Positions 34,661-47,649 of a stretch of 64,000 bases of DNA are shown here, piece by piece. The translations under genes were made by a program, and so were the position numbers. This DNA is from Camelus ferus (lineage: Eukaryota), in contig NC_045697.1 in NCBI RefSeq assembly GCF_009834535.1, positions 112,780,001 to 112,844,000 of the forward strand, in the 5' to 3' direction. Position 1 is the first letter of the stretch. Each line of letters starts with the position of its first letter. The notes under the pieces are model-generated. The model was not told the origin of the DNA and did no database searches. It saw only the letters and a list, made by a program, of their open reading frames with translations.

Positions 34661-36830
34661 CAAAGTTCTAACACATTAATTTGAATTTATATTAGCTTAA
34701 CTTCAATAACACACAAAAAATTCAGCTCCTTTACAGCTAGCTCCATCCCCACCCTTTCACTTATCTTTCAACATGCTAGTTTTTAAACTAATAATTGTTT
34801 TTTAAAAGTACTAATCTTTTAAATCATATAGAAAATAAAAATTGGAGTTACAAAGTATTGTTACAATAATATCAGATTTTATAACTGCCTTTATCTTTAC
34901 CGAGGTCTTTATTTCTTCATGTGGCTTCAGTTTGCTGTCAAGTGTCCTTTTATTTCAGCTTATAGGACTCCCTTGCATATTTCTTTTAGGGTAGGTCTAT
35001 GGTGATGAGCTTCCTCAGCTTGTGTTTACCTGGCAATGTCTTAATTTCTCCCTCCCTTTTGAAGGACAGTTTTGCAGATACATAGCAGTCTCGGCTGACA
35101 GGCTTTTTCTCTGTATACTTTGAATATATCAGTCCACTGCGTTCTGGCCCCCAGAGTTTCTGGTGAAAAACCCCGCTGATAATCTTACTGAGGAGCCCTT
35201 GCATGTGATAAGTTACTTCTCTCTTGCCACCTTCAAGATTTTTTTTTTGTCTTTGTCTTTCAAAAGTTTGACTATAATATGTCCCAAGGTTGGTATCTTT
35301 GAATTCATTATATTAGAGTTTGTTGAGCTTCTTGTATTTCATCACATTTAAGACGTTTTTGGCCGTTATTTCTTTAAATGATCTCCCTGTCTCCTTCTCT
35401 CTCTTCTCCTTCTGGGAATCCCACCGTATGTATGTTCTGCCACTTGATGGGACTCAGCAGGTCCTCAGGCTCTGTTCCTTTTCCTTCAATACTTTTTTCT
35501 TTCTGTTCCTCAAACTTGATCATTTCCATTGTCCTTCTAATTTGCAAATGCTTTTCTTCTGCCTGTTCATATTTGTCTTTGAATCCTTCCACTGAATTTT
35601 TCATTTCAGTTATTGTACTTTTCAGCTCCAGAATTTACTTTTTGGTTTCCTTTTAGGTTTTTTCATTACTGATATTTTCATTTTGCTCATCCATAGTTTT
35701 CTTGACTTTCTCCACATCTTTCTTTAGCTCTTTGAGCATCCTGAAGACAGCTATTTTAAAGTCTTTGTCTAGTAGATCTGCCATCCAGTCTTTTTGAGGG
35801 AAAGTCTCTGTTGATTTTATTTTTCCTTTGAATAGGTCATACTTGTCTCTTTGTATGCTTTGGGATATTTTGTTGAAAATTGGACTTTTTAAATGCCTTT
35901 TTTATTATTATTGAAGTACAGTCAGTTACAATGTGTCAGTTTCTGGTGAACAGCACAATGTCCCAGTCATGCATATGCATACATATATTTTCTGTCATAC
36001 TCTTTTTCATTAAAGGTTATTACAAGATATTGAGTATAGTTCCCTAAAAAATTGGACTTTTGAATCTAATAATGTGTAACTCTGGAAATCAGATTCTTCC
36101 CATTCCCCAGGATTTGTTAAAATTTTTAAATTTTGTTTATAATTTTTTAGTTGTTGTTGTTGTAGGCTGTCTGTGTGCTGAAGGTCGGCCTGGGGCATGA
36201 AGTTAAGGTCATCTCAGGTCTTTTCTGAGCCCACAACTTCCCCGAGGCATATATGTATATAGTGACTTTCCAATTTCTCCCATTTATACAGTTGTTTTTG
36301 AATGTCCTAGTCTCTACTGTCTGGCTCCCACAAGAGAAAAAAAGAGAAAAATAAAAGGGGGGTTAGGATGCCAGCCATTTAAATGTGAGTCACTTTGGCT
36401 GGAGGAGGACGTGCTTGTAACAGTTAGGGTTGGGGTACAACAACAATGGCCACCTGCCTCTTTGTCTGCATGGAATCAGCAGTCAGAGCACAGATGCCCA
36501 GTATTTGGAGGACAAGGTCCTTTTGGCCCACCCTGACTCCTACAAACTGCTCCTAGAACACATGGGTTGCTGCCTGCCCCAGGGCTAGGCAGGGGTGGGT
36601 TGTCGCTGATACTGCGCTAAGAGCTGAAATTGACCAAAATTAACCATAATTTATCATCCAAGCCTTTCCCGGGAAGTTGTAAGCTTTCAACAGACTCCAG
36701 AGTTCCAGAACAGTTACATCAGACAGACTGTGCCAGTGTAACTGTTGTCTGGGTGGAGAGACAGGGTCCTGGTGCCTCCCACTCTGTTATCTTCCCAGAA
36801 CCCCATTCCCCGCTGTATTTTTGAATATGT
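34660..36830 (-). mobile_element. L1 5' part (ORF1 remnant plus 5'UTR, L1MD-like)
   Basis: Minus ORFs SAKLSFKREGEIKTLPGKHKLRK and MKNSVEGF...NIHTVGFPEGEERE are L1 ORF1 motifs. Confidence 0.85.
35890..36047 (-). mobile_element. Young short L1 3' end nested in the older L1
   Basis: ttgaagtacagtcagttacaatgtgtcagtttctggtg...ggttattacaagatattgagtatagttccct; TSD aaaattggactttt at 35876-35889 / 36048-36061. Confidence 0.88.
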
Positions 36831-36981
36831 GATTGCATCCATTACCCACTACATTACTATGTCCTTTGAAAAATACGCCATACAACCCCTTTTAGAAACT
36901 AAGTATGATGAAAATTTTCATTTCTGGCATGCGATTGCTATGATATTTTAAAGTGGATAATTCAAAATTTGAAACTGGTTT

Positions 36982-37622
36982 TGATGCAGGAAAAACAGAC
37001 GTGGGGCGTGAGGAGGGCTGTGTCCCAGGTCTCAGCTGAGCCCCTGGGACGTGCCCCGCCAAGTGTGGGTCCTTGGTTTTGCACAGGAAAGAATTTAAGT
37101 GCGAGCCACGGTTGAGTGAAGGTAGATTTATTTAGAGAGATACATACTGCGTAGGGTGTAAGGCAAGAGAAAGGCAATGAAAGAGGTGTGGGAATTGGGT
37201 GCTCAGGTTAAAGTAAAGGTACACACTCCATAGACAGAGTGCGGGCCGTCTCTGAAGATGAGGGAGTGAGAAAAGGGCTGTGAGGTGTGATGTTGCCACT
37301 TTTTATGGACTCGGTAGCTTCACACACCTACAGGTGGGACCATTCCAACTGCTCTGGGAAAGGGGCAGGAAGTCCCAGGAATTGGGCCACTGCCCATTCA
37401 TTCTTTGGCCTTTTGCGGTTAGCCTTGGGACTGTCATGGCACCTGTGGGCATGTTATTTACCATGCTAATATGTTGCAATGAGCATACAATGAAGCTCAA
37501 GGTCTACTAGAAGTCAAACCTCCTGCCATCTTAATCCTCAAGGCCAAATGGGAGTAACATTTTGATGTTAATTGCTGTCATTCCTTGAATGGCTATGCCC
37601 TGCCCACTTCCATCCTGTCTCA
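36982..37622 (-). mobile_element. ERV1 solo LTR
   Basis: TG...CA ends, perfect 4-bp TSD gttt/gttt, minus-strand AATAAA; same family as 20969-21441. Confidence 0.9.
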
Positions 37623-38009
37623 GTTTTGTTTTTCTTTTTGCTTTGGTCCCTTGGGAGCTCAGAGCCAAATTTTCAGCCTTATTTAGTGGGAAAAAAAAAT
37701 ATAGGAACTTAGGGTGTATTTTTTCATAATTTGTATATTATCTTTCTCTCCAATTTTATACTTTTAGTCTATCAATATATTTGCCAGCTGAATTTTATTT
37801 TCAATTTTATTGTCTTTTTTATATTTTTATAAATTATCTCAATCCTCTGTGAAATGAGGCAGTATACATACACATACATAAAAGGATAGTAACATCTTAC
37901 TTTAGGGCAAAAAGTATAATGGGCCAATTCATGACTTGGCTCTGTTCTTTCAACTGTAATGTAAATAATACACAATCAAGGTGGGGAATGGTCTATAAGT
38001 ATAAATTCC

Positions 38010-38150
38010 TTATTTGCCAGGTATTTGTCTAGGCACATTTATATTAATTTGACCCTCACACAATATTTGCTGACAGATTAGGTATTTTTCTTTCCATTTT
38101 ACAGATAAGGCAACTGATGATCAGACAGCTTAAGTAACTGTAAATTCTAA
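38010..38150 (-). mobile_element. MIR SINE
   Basis: tgccaggtatt...ccattttacagataaggcaactgatgatcagacagcttaagtaact. Confidence 0.7.
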
Positions 38151-39342
38151 CTGACTCGACAATACAAGTTCACTTTGACACATGGTGTTGATCTTTTCCT
38201 AGACAGGAACCTGAGAAAATGCTATAGAAAGCCCACTGAAATCAAATGAATAACATGCAATTTCCCCATGTCATTCTTAGGATGCGTGGGCGTTTATTGT
38301 AACTCTGCACCTGAAATATGCAAAGCATCACCCTGAACAGAATAAGATAAAAATAAGATGTCTATTTCCTGTTGTAATATAGGAAAATTTACCTTGGTTT
38401 GGTAATGCACATAAAATTCTGTAAAAGTCATCCAGTGGGTCCCTGGAGTCCCCTTGTATTAACAAAATAGTCACATAATAATGCAATCAGCCAGTGCTCC
38501 CTGAGAATGAGGTAAGTACAGTCCCTTTGAAAACGGCTCCAGCACCTGCTCAAGAAATAGAAATTGATTTGAAAATAGGGGTCAGGTTTTAATTTAAGTT
38601 AATAATTTAGGGAACAATTCTATTTGAAGTACTGCTCCCTAAAACTAAGGTGACTGATTATATGCAGTCAACCAGGGCTGCAGATATCATCACAGTGTAT
38701 TGTCACACAACTGGCAGTCTGAGTTGTGATACAGAACGCATACTTCAGCGCCCAGTTCAGGGTCTTCATTTATTGGTTATAATTTTTTTTTAAATCTAAG
38801 AGAGATTACCAATTCCAGCAAATTGTTTAGCACTACTCTGTGGAGGATGGTGTATCATTTTTCTATTGTTTGCTATTGTGATTTATTCTATTTAAATGAA
38901 GTAGCAAATTAGGAGTGGTAGTTGGTGTCTAACTTCTACATACATTAACTTTACCATCAGTCAGCCAAAGAGGTGAGAGCTACAGCTCTTCCATATACTG
39001 TCTTATCTGCCTGTCCCTGTTCATCTGGCTTAGTCTGAGAGCAGTCTTGAGATGCTTGGAAGTTCTGCTCAGCACATCTCATCTGCTCATCTGAGGCCAG
39101 CACGTGCAAGCCAGGGGAAAGAGTAACAGCAGTGTCGTATCAGATCATTCTATCGTCTTTGTTTTGAACCTCTACTGAGTGCACAGTGTTAGGAGACATT
39201 CCAGAGTCCATTTCTGACATGGCTTCCTTCCAGATTCAAGACTGTCCTCCACCTCTGTCCTCTTCTCCCGGCAGTCCTTTTAAGGTGGGAGTCAAGGGAG
39301 TTGTTTAAATGCTTTGTTTTCCCACAATTAAGAGCAGGTAAT

Positions 39343-39481
39343 GGGTGGGGGGAGGTATCACTCAGTGGTAGAACATATGCTTAGCATGCACGAGGTCATG
39401 GGTTCGATCCCCAGTACCTCCATTAAAAAAATAATAATAATAATAAATAAGTAAACCTAATTACCTCCCCACCCCCCAAAA
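39343..39481 (+). mobile_element. tRNA-Ala-derived SINE (Vic-1-like)
   Basis: ctcagtggtagaacatatgcttagcatgcacgaggtcatgggttcgatccccagtacctcc plus tail; degenerate TSD aagagcaggtaa / aagagcaaataa. Confidence 0.9.
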
Positions 39482-41604
39482 AAGAGCAAATAAGCTGTTC
39501 ATAAACATGCGCTTCAAAACTACACTTAAACTGGCAAGAAGTGAGCCTAACAACATGGGTATTTCTTACAGGATGTTTCTTCTTTGGGTTAAAGGACCAG
39601 GATAACTTTGATGTAATGTCTCCTTAAGTCATATATGTTTAACTGACCTGGTGTGTGTGTGTCAGGAGCGCACATGCTTCTGTGAAAGAGGAAGAGCTGC
39701 AGAACAAAGCCAAATGAAAGTCCAGACCACCCAGGGTCTGGTCCTCACTCTGAGTTCTTATTAAGGGAAGCACTGCTGAAGACAGATGAACCAGGCATTT
39801 TTAAGGGCAGCGAGGGCCTCGTCCTCTTCCGGGAACAGCTCAGGCCATCCCATGCAGGCCAGGGGGTTGACTCAGAGCTTCTGACTCTGCACACTGATGA
39901 TCTAAATGCTGGATTCTAATCCTGTCGCTGTCCTTCATCAACAACCTGTATGTGATCAGGCACGCACACGGATAACCTTATCTTTGGCTCACACGTGTAA
40001 CTTCCCTTCTGTGACTACTGCTCAGAGCCCATACCCGTCAGAAAGAGCTTTTTCACTGGAGCTGGACCTACGACCATGCTGGCCTGTAAGTGAATATGTC
40101 CCTATCCCCGTAGCCTCATCTGGATATGAACTCTGAGTGGTTTCTCTGCTCTGTTCTAAGTAAAAACAGATCATCATAATGAAATCAGCGCTGAGGAATT
40201 CCAAAGGACTCTCTGTTGAGATGGTCACCATCCCGCATGTCTTGTAAATTACAGTTTTTGCAATCCGCGAACACACACGTGGTCCTCTTCCTCGCTTTCT
40301 CCTCCTCCTTTTCCTGCCCTTCAGTTCTTTTTCCCCGCGTAGGCCCGTTAGAGGCACCCAGAGGCATTAGTGTGTTACTTGGACTAATGAGTCTGGGGAC
40401 AGACAGATGACACACCCTCCCCCTTGCACGTGGTCCCCTGTCATGACAGGGGTCATCGGCCCAGGTGTCGCTTTCATCACTGCCTTCGGAAAATTATTGC
40501 TCTAAGTCAGTTGCTTACCATAGAGAACAATCTTCTGTCCTTGACTTTATTAGTTCTGAATTTTTTCTAGCTAAGCTATCCGATCCAAACTATTCGCATC
40601 TATTTCTGTGCATACAGTGCAATTGTCCCCTGGGAATAATGGAGAAAATGAGAACTTCTCATAAGGGATCCCCAGGGAGTGAATACCTACATTAGCAGTC
40701 CCAGAGATGTTCCTGGAAACATCAGGAGGGTGATGAGTGAGGAGGTGGAGCACGGTGACCGGAGATCAGACTGAAGTTCTCCTTGGTCTACACGCACCAG
40801 AGGCAGCAGTGCGTCCCTCTCTTACTTCCACAAAGCTGAGCAAACAGCGGCCTATTGCATTTATTACTGAGAGCTTGGTAATTGGCGTTATCAGGGAAGG
40901 AAAGAGAAATATAACTTGACACAGAAAATTACATACTTTTCCTAGATCCTGCTGGCCATAAATTTTCCCAGAGGTGAGGCCATTGCTCCCAGCCAACTGC
41001 CTTGTTTTCAAGGGCTGATGTCTGTTGCACTAATTGGAATTCCCTTTGACCCTGTTCTCTCATCTCAGGCTCCAAGTCCCAACACTCTCCTTAACACCAA
41101 GAGGGTTCTTCTCTACCCTGAGACAAAGCCCAGTCCTTCATCAGTTTCCCTCAGAGGAACCCCTACTCCCACCCCAGCCCTCATTCCTACATTTAGACTT
41201 CCACTAAAGCCTAGAGAAAGTCACTAGAATCAATAACTAAATGATTCAGTCCACTGGGGCGCGGGAGTCCAGTGACACTCTGTTTAGACTAATTATGGGC
41301 TAATTATTTGAGGACTGATTCTGAGCTACTAACTTAATTTATACTACTAAACAATATATATAATAGGAATACAAAAGATGTGAATTTCTGTTACCTCACC
41401 AGTCTAGAGATGGTTAATTTATGTGGATATATACTTTCCCTATATTAGCCTCACCTAAGAAGTTCATCAAGTGCTATGTTAAAATCCAGAAAACAGTTTG
41501 TTTCTTCAAATGCCAAGTTTCTAGTTTCAATCATTTGAAGAATCTAGTTGCAGCCAATATGCAGAAACATTGATCTGCTTTAAAAAGGCATGGAACCCCC
41601 TCCC

Positions 41605-41800
41605 TGGGTTCTTTATCTAAAAGCCAGTTCGCAGCTGACTCCTAACAAAATCACCTGGGGTATGTTTTAAAACCCAGATTCCTAAGTAGCACCTTGGCTC
41701 TGTGGATTCAAAATGTGAAGTGTTACAATCGACAGCATTTGTACCTTTAATGAGCATCTTCTGGAGGATTCTGATTCTGCGTGAAGTTTAAGAATCACTG
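41605..41800. mobile_element. MER5A-like hAT-Charlie fossil
   Basis: aaatcacctgggg...ttaaaacccagattcct...ggattctgat...aagtttaagaatcactgg. Confidence 0.7.
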
Positions 41801-42544
41801 GCTACTGCCTACTCCCCACGGAGCCGATCAGGCTCTGACCAGCCGTCTGGGCCCCAGGACTTCCTCAAGCATCTGCCCCGACACAGCTGGTAGGGAAAGG
41901 GGAGATAACTGGGATCCAGGCAGGAAAATGGTGCAACTGTTCCTGTCCCTCCTTCAGCTCTCAGCAGTTGTGTGGAGAGCAGCAGGTTATTCCACCTCCT
42001 TGACTTCACTGGACTCGTTTTTAAAATACAAGTTCTGAGGATGGAATGGGAACATGCGAGTGAGCCGTTTAGGGAGCTGCACAGCGCCTAAGAGGAGTTG
42101 TAATTAGCACACCGATTCTCCTTGCTTTCCTTTCTCTTCTTATTCCATCTGAAAGGATGAAATTCTTCGCGTGGAAGGCAGGAGCTGGTGCCGTTGAATG
42201 GCAGCTGAAGTTGCCACGTGTTTGCTCCGGTCCAGCCTTTTCTGGTGAGGCGATGGTTCTTAATCCTCCAGATGTAGGAAGTGAATCCCCTCTAGGGCTG
42301 GTCGGTTGACGATCATGTTTGTTTGGCTGTGTTCAGTGCTCCCAGCGAGCCCGAGGACGAGGAATGAGAGGAAAGAGCACCGTGGTGAAGCACAGCTCGG
42401 CGGGCGGGTTTGGTAGAGGACCACCGAGAGCCTTGCCCCAGTCACGGTCTCCATAACTTGGGGTCATGCACCCATCAAAAAAACTTTGTAAGCACACCCT
42501 CATCATGCCTAGATTTTTAAAAACAATTCAAAAGTGCATCTACT

Positions 42545-42690
42545 CGAGGGAGGGTACAGCTCAGTGTATGGCACGTGCTTAGCATGCACAAGGTCCTGGG
42601 TTCAATCCCCAGTACATCCAGCAAAAAAAATAAAGAAAGAAATAAACCTAATTACCCCACCCCCTGAATTTTTTTAAAAAACCATTTTTA
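42545..42690 (+). mobile_element. tRNA-Ala-derived SINE (Vic-1-like)
   Basis: gggagggtacagctcagtg...gtcctgggttcaatccccagtac plus tail; 15-bp TSD aaaagtgcatctact (42530-42544) / aaaagtgcatatact (42691-42705). Confidence 0.92.
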
Positions 42691-44314
42691 AAAAGTGCAT
42701 ATACTACTTTATTGATTTATTACATAGATTATAAGCATATATAAAAATAGAAACTTGACAGGATGAGATAAAAATAAATAGGATTATACAACATTGTGAT
42801 GGTGCTTAATGCCAGTGAATTGTACACTCAGAAGTGGTTAGAATGGTAAATATTACGTTTTGTATATTTGATCATTATTAAAAAAAACATTTTAACGTAA
42901 GTGGACCTAATGGTCTAATATATCAGCCCAGAATCCCTGGTGTGCCCTGTGTTGGCTAGAGCTTTGAGAGAAGCTTAAAGCAGGAGTGAACGTACCTCAT
43001 TCCTGATCCCCGCTATTAAAGGCGAGACCTCTCGTGAGACTGACTTCCTTCAGGAAACATCTGTGACCTCGGAGGGAAACCAGCTGTGTGATCTTGGGCA
43101 AGTCACAAAACACCCTGATGTTAGGTTTCCTAATTTTTTAATGGGAGGTTAAAAAAAAGTTACATTTATTTTATATCAAATATGTACTAGGGCAGTTTAC
43201 AGTAAACATTTCTTAAACCCACAGGGACGGATGGTTCCCAGACTTATCGTGGTGATGCTTTTATAATGTGTGCAAATGTCAACTTACTTTGTAGTACACC
43301 TGGAAAGAACAAAATATTGTACGTTGGCTTTGTAATCATTCATAATTCACAGTCATTCGTTATGAAACAATTCATAATCTTTGGAACAGCTTCATAACGT
43401 AGATTATTTTTCAGATGTTTTCATGAGAAAACAAAGATTTAACTTATCTAACATCACTGGAACAAAGAGGCAGATTCAGGATCCGAGGCCATGCCTCTGC
43501 CTTCAGTGCAAGTCCTTATTGCGCCTCCTAGAGGTGACAGGAGGTATAGCCACCTGTGAGGGGTCTTGTGAAGATGAATCAAAATGATAAGGGTTAACGT
43601 ATTATGCACAGTGACTAGCCAGAATAGACCCTTTTTGAAAACTTTCTACTGAACAGTTTATTCATAATACACTGCATCATAAGGAGTCAATAAACGAATG
43701 AAGATTTGGGTTTTTCTTAGGGAGCAAATTAAGGGTGGCATTAAAGGCAAATTAATCTCTCCCTCCCTCCTTAATTCTCTACTCCCTCATGCACACACGC
43801 ACACACATCAGTAACAATCCTGAGCAATTAAACCATGAAACCACAAGTAAAAGAGTAATTGGGGTAACAGAACAGAGCTGGAAATCTGACTCCTCGTTTT
43901 ACATAGAAGAAAACCGAGACTCAGCAATTATGAATGACCAACCAAGGTCACAGAACTGGTATGTAGAACTGAGTTTAGAATACAGTCTTCTGACCCACAG
44001 GCCGTGTGTTTTACATCACGCCCTCTGCCCTATGAAGAGTAGTGGATAAAAGGGTAACCTAGACAAAAAAATAGAGAAGAGCGTTCACAAAGGGCAAGGT
44101 CTAAGTGGGAGCTAGACGAGTGCTATTTACTAGAAATGGAAGGGGCTCCTCTTTGCAGCAGATGAGATGGAATCTCCTTTTCTCTGCCATGTGCCTTCTG
44201 GTAGCTCTGGAGTAACAAGAGGCATAGCTTTTTGTGAACTACCTGCTTTAGAGTTTTTTTTCATCCCACTCTTTACATAGTCCGTGGAGACAATAGAGAT
44301 GCATTCTATTTAGT

Positions 44315-44740
44315 TGAATTCAGGTTGGAACACAAGTCTCCATGAGCCTCTTGCATTTCTGTACATCTTGCTAGAGGAAGCCCTGTCTGTCCATGTTCAT
44401 ACCGCTTTCCAAGATGTGGTATAGGAAGCACCTTGGACGAGGGTGATAGTGTCTCTCTCTACAGCACAGAGCAGACATGCTTTCTGGCCACTGAAATTAA
44501 TTCGGGTTCTCCAAGCACACACGTCCTGTTACACATCCTGCTGAGGGCGGACTTCGTGTGGCTCCTTCCCCTTTGCCCGTGTGAATCGGCCATCGACAGA
44601 CAGCACAGACGCTGGTACTCTGCCTACTGCTGTCCCTCCAAGTCATAAACCATCCCGGTCTCTGATCCACAAGTCTTACATCTTCCTCCTGCATCCGTGA
44701 AACAGGACCTGTCCTGGACCAAACTGTGTGACAGTGGACA
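44315..44740 (+). mobile_element. Ancient ERV1-type LTR (LTR68-like)
   Basis: gagcctcttgcatttctgtacatcttgc...gatagtgtctctctct...tctctgatccacaagtctt resembles recalled consensus. Confidence 0.5.
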
Positions 44741-47649
44741 ACACCAACACGTGCGCCCTGCAATGCAGGCGACTGGTGGGAGCACGCTAACCTGGCGGGA
44801 AGGGGTGGATAGTGGGCACAGTTAGGTGGTTTTTACAACACCATCCGTCTTCATCAGGGGCTAAAGCTGAGCTCGCGAGGCTGGTGTGTAGTTGTCAATA
44901 CATCTCTTACTTTAAATGACTGTGAGTCAAGGTTAAGTCAATCATGCAGCCTGCCTGTAATAAATCAGGAGATTTACATGGTAGCAAGTGGCAAAAATTT
45001 TGCAACCAGAGAAGACGAATCACAATTGATTATTTCTTTTACCATCACTCAGGCATTCTGATCTGTGAGTGGAGTGCCATATTAGAAGGAATTAGACTCC
45101 ATCAGAAGATGTGTAATGAGAAAAATAGGTTTTTCACCACAAGACAAGATTTTTGTCAAGTCCCAAAGTGATGATCGCTACCATATTTTCAAGAAAATGT
45201 ACTTCAGTCTTAAACATGAAAGTGTGAAGCAAAAATTATCTTGAAATATTTTCCCATAAAAGAATTTTAAATAACTGAGAACTTTCCTCTTGAGAATTTA
45301 TTCTGAATGTCACATTAGTGAATTTTCTATGATTACCTCTTACACTATGTTAGTTGTTAAATACTAAACAGTGTTCTTAAACGCTTTTAAAAAGACAGAG
45401 TTGGGGAGTAGGTGGGTTTGAGTTTTGACATTTCAATTTCTTGTTTTTTTGCTAAAGACGTGGTGGACTTTGAAATCACTCCTAGCACACGGACAGTTTT
45501 GTCCTTCTGCCTGGCATAAGAGCAGAGAGCAGGCATGTCCTTTTCATCCTACGGAATTTTCTCATCCGTAACGATCAGCCTCCATAATGTGTGAATAATC
45601 ACCTGACCAATGAACTGGTCTACTGTGTCCTTTTCTGATTTATCTAATCATCCTTATATGTCAGTGGGTAGTGCCTGATTCAGTGTCCAGTCTATGAAGG
45701 ACCTTTGTAATGCATCATGTGGAGGAAAAATATAAAATCTATTTACCGTTCAATGTGTTGGAAAGGGTTGTAAGTTGAGATATGAACAAATATTTCTTCC
45801 ACGTGTAAACTTGTTTGAGAGACAAGAAATGAAAATCAAAAATACTATTAAATTCTATTTTGTGGAAAATATATAATATATATATAATATATAATGTGTT
45901 TGATTTTTAGAATAGACTAATGTTTTCTTCCGTAAGGCAAATATTACTAACCTAAAAAATAATTTGACAGATTTCTTTTCCTCTTTTTCATCTGTGGATT
46001 TTCAGCGGCAACTGATACTTAAAACTAGAAGTTAGGAAGGAGGCAGAGTTCAGTTAATGTGCCTGAGAATTAGGAATATTTTTGACACTTGAAGCAATTT
46101 GTAATTTGAAATATGCTTTCAGTTTTTGAAGTTTCACGAGGTTTTTTTTTTTTTTTTGCCATTTATCCAGCTGTGGTTTTGTGTTTATGGTGGTGAAGTA
46201 TTTTTCTCAGGCCAAATCCTGAACAGAAGAATAAAATTCTGTTATGCTTTGCATTTGTAAGAACTGCAGTTCGAGAGATGTTAATCACCTGTCATAAAGC
46301 ACTCTTTAAAATGCTACTTTGAATAAGAAAAGTAGCCCTTTATCAGGGACATGAAGACATTTGGGGCATGTTTTGGTATCTAATATGAATGTACCAGGTG
46401 GCTAATAGCACATTACTTCTCAATTTGAAGAAGCTTTTGTTACATAAAAATACATACTCTCTTGTGTCAAATTACCTAAAAGGCAATAAAGATGATGAAA
46501 ATATTCCTCTAAAATGTGCAAAAACTCCGTGATGCTAAATATCTTTTGGGATCTGATAAGCCAGGAGTAAAACAAAGCCCCATGCCCATAGCACCCGGCT
46601 TTGTTCTGTCAAGTAGAGGTGCAAACTTCTTGCATTCAACTACGAAGACTGCTTCAAGGGCATGAAATCGAATAAAATATGTCTTTGGCATTTCTCTGTT
46701 GGCCCTACTTATGAAGGCCAATGTGAAAACAGATCTTCTCCAGCCTTTTCTGAAGCACCGAGGGTCAGAACTGAACCGCTTTGATCAAGAAGGTCTGCAA
46801 GGTAGACCAGCTTGCAGATCTCAGATGAGCACATACCTCTGCTGTGTCTTCCTTAACACATGCGCACCAGAGCACCAGGACGCCTGACCTGCGAGGTTGG
46901 GGTTCACAGCTGTTTAGACACAGCCCTAGACTCGTCTCCCTCCTTTCACACGCACAAGGTATGGTTTATTTTTATGTCTTATGCAACAGAATATGTTCAG
47001 CCCATCATAAATTTATTAGCCTTTCACTTGTGTGTCCCAAGAGGGAAAACTAAGGACGTAGGGTTAAACAGGTATGAACGAAGTAAATTATATCTTATGC
47101 ACGACTTTATTCATAATGAAAAGCATTTTCTTGCTCATACATGCACAAGAACTATTTGTTGACTGTAATAGAATAAAAGCATTCTAGTTGAGTGCTTTGG
47201 AATTTTTTATTATATTTCTTAGACGTGGTAACTTAGTGTCATTTACTATTGATTTTTCACAGCTCTTAGTTTCTTTAAAATGGCTTATGCTTTTTGCCCT
47301 ATGTTCCTTAGGCTTCATTACATCCAAAATATTTTGCAGATCACTACCCATTTTAGCATGATTCTCTGCACTCTGGGGAAAGTCAGGTGGGGAGCAGTAT
47401 CTATATATATATATATTTTTAAGATTCTAATCCTAACACATATACCACTGCAGCATATCACAAGAATAACCAAAATAAAAGACGGAAAATATTAAAGAAG
47501 TGACAAAGGCTATTCCAGTGTGACAGCAAACAGAGAGGGGGTTAGCATCGTCTGGGTAACTGCATCAGTGTGTCTCTACTGAGAGCGTAATATTTTAGCC
47601 ATTCTTCCAAGTGGTGGCGTAACACACCACAAAACATGCAGGTTTCTCC

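Noticed and set aside
46744..46801. Possible plus-strand micro-exon (PFLKHRGSELNRFDQEGLQ)
   Set aside because: Short pyrimidine tract, weak GTAGAC donor and unrecognised peptide.
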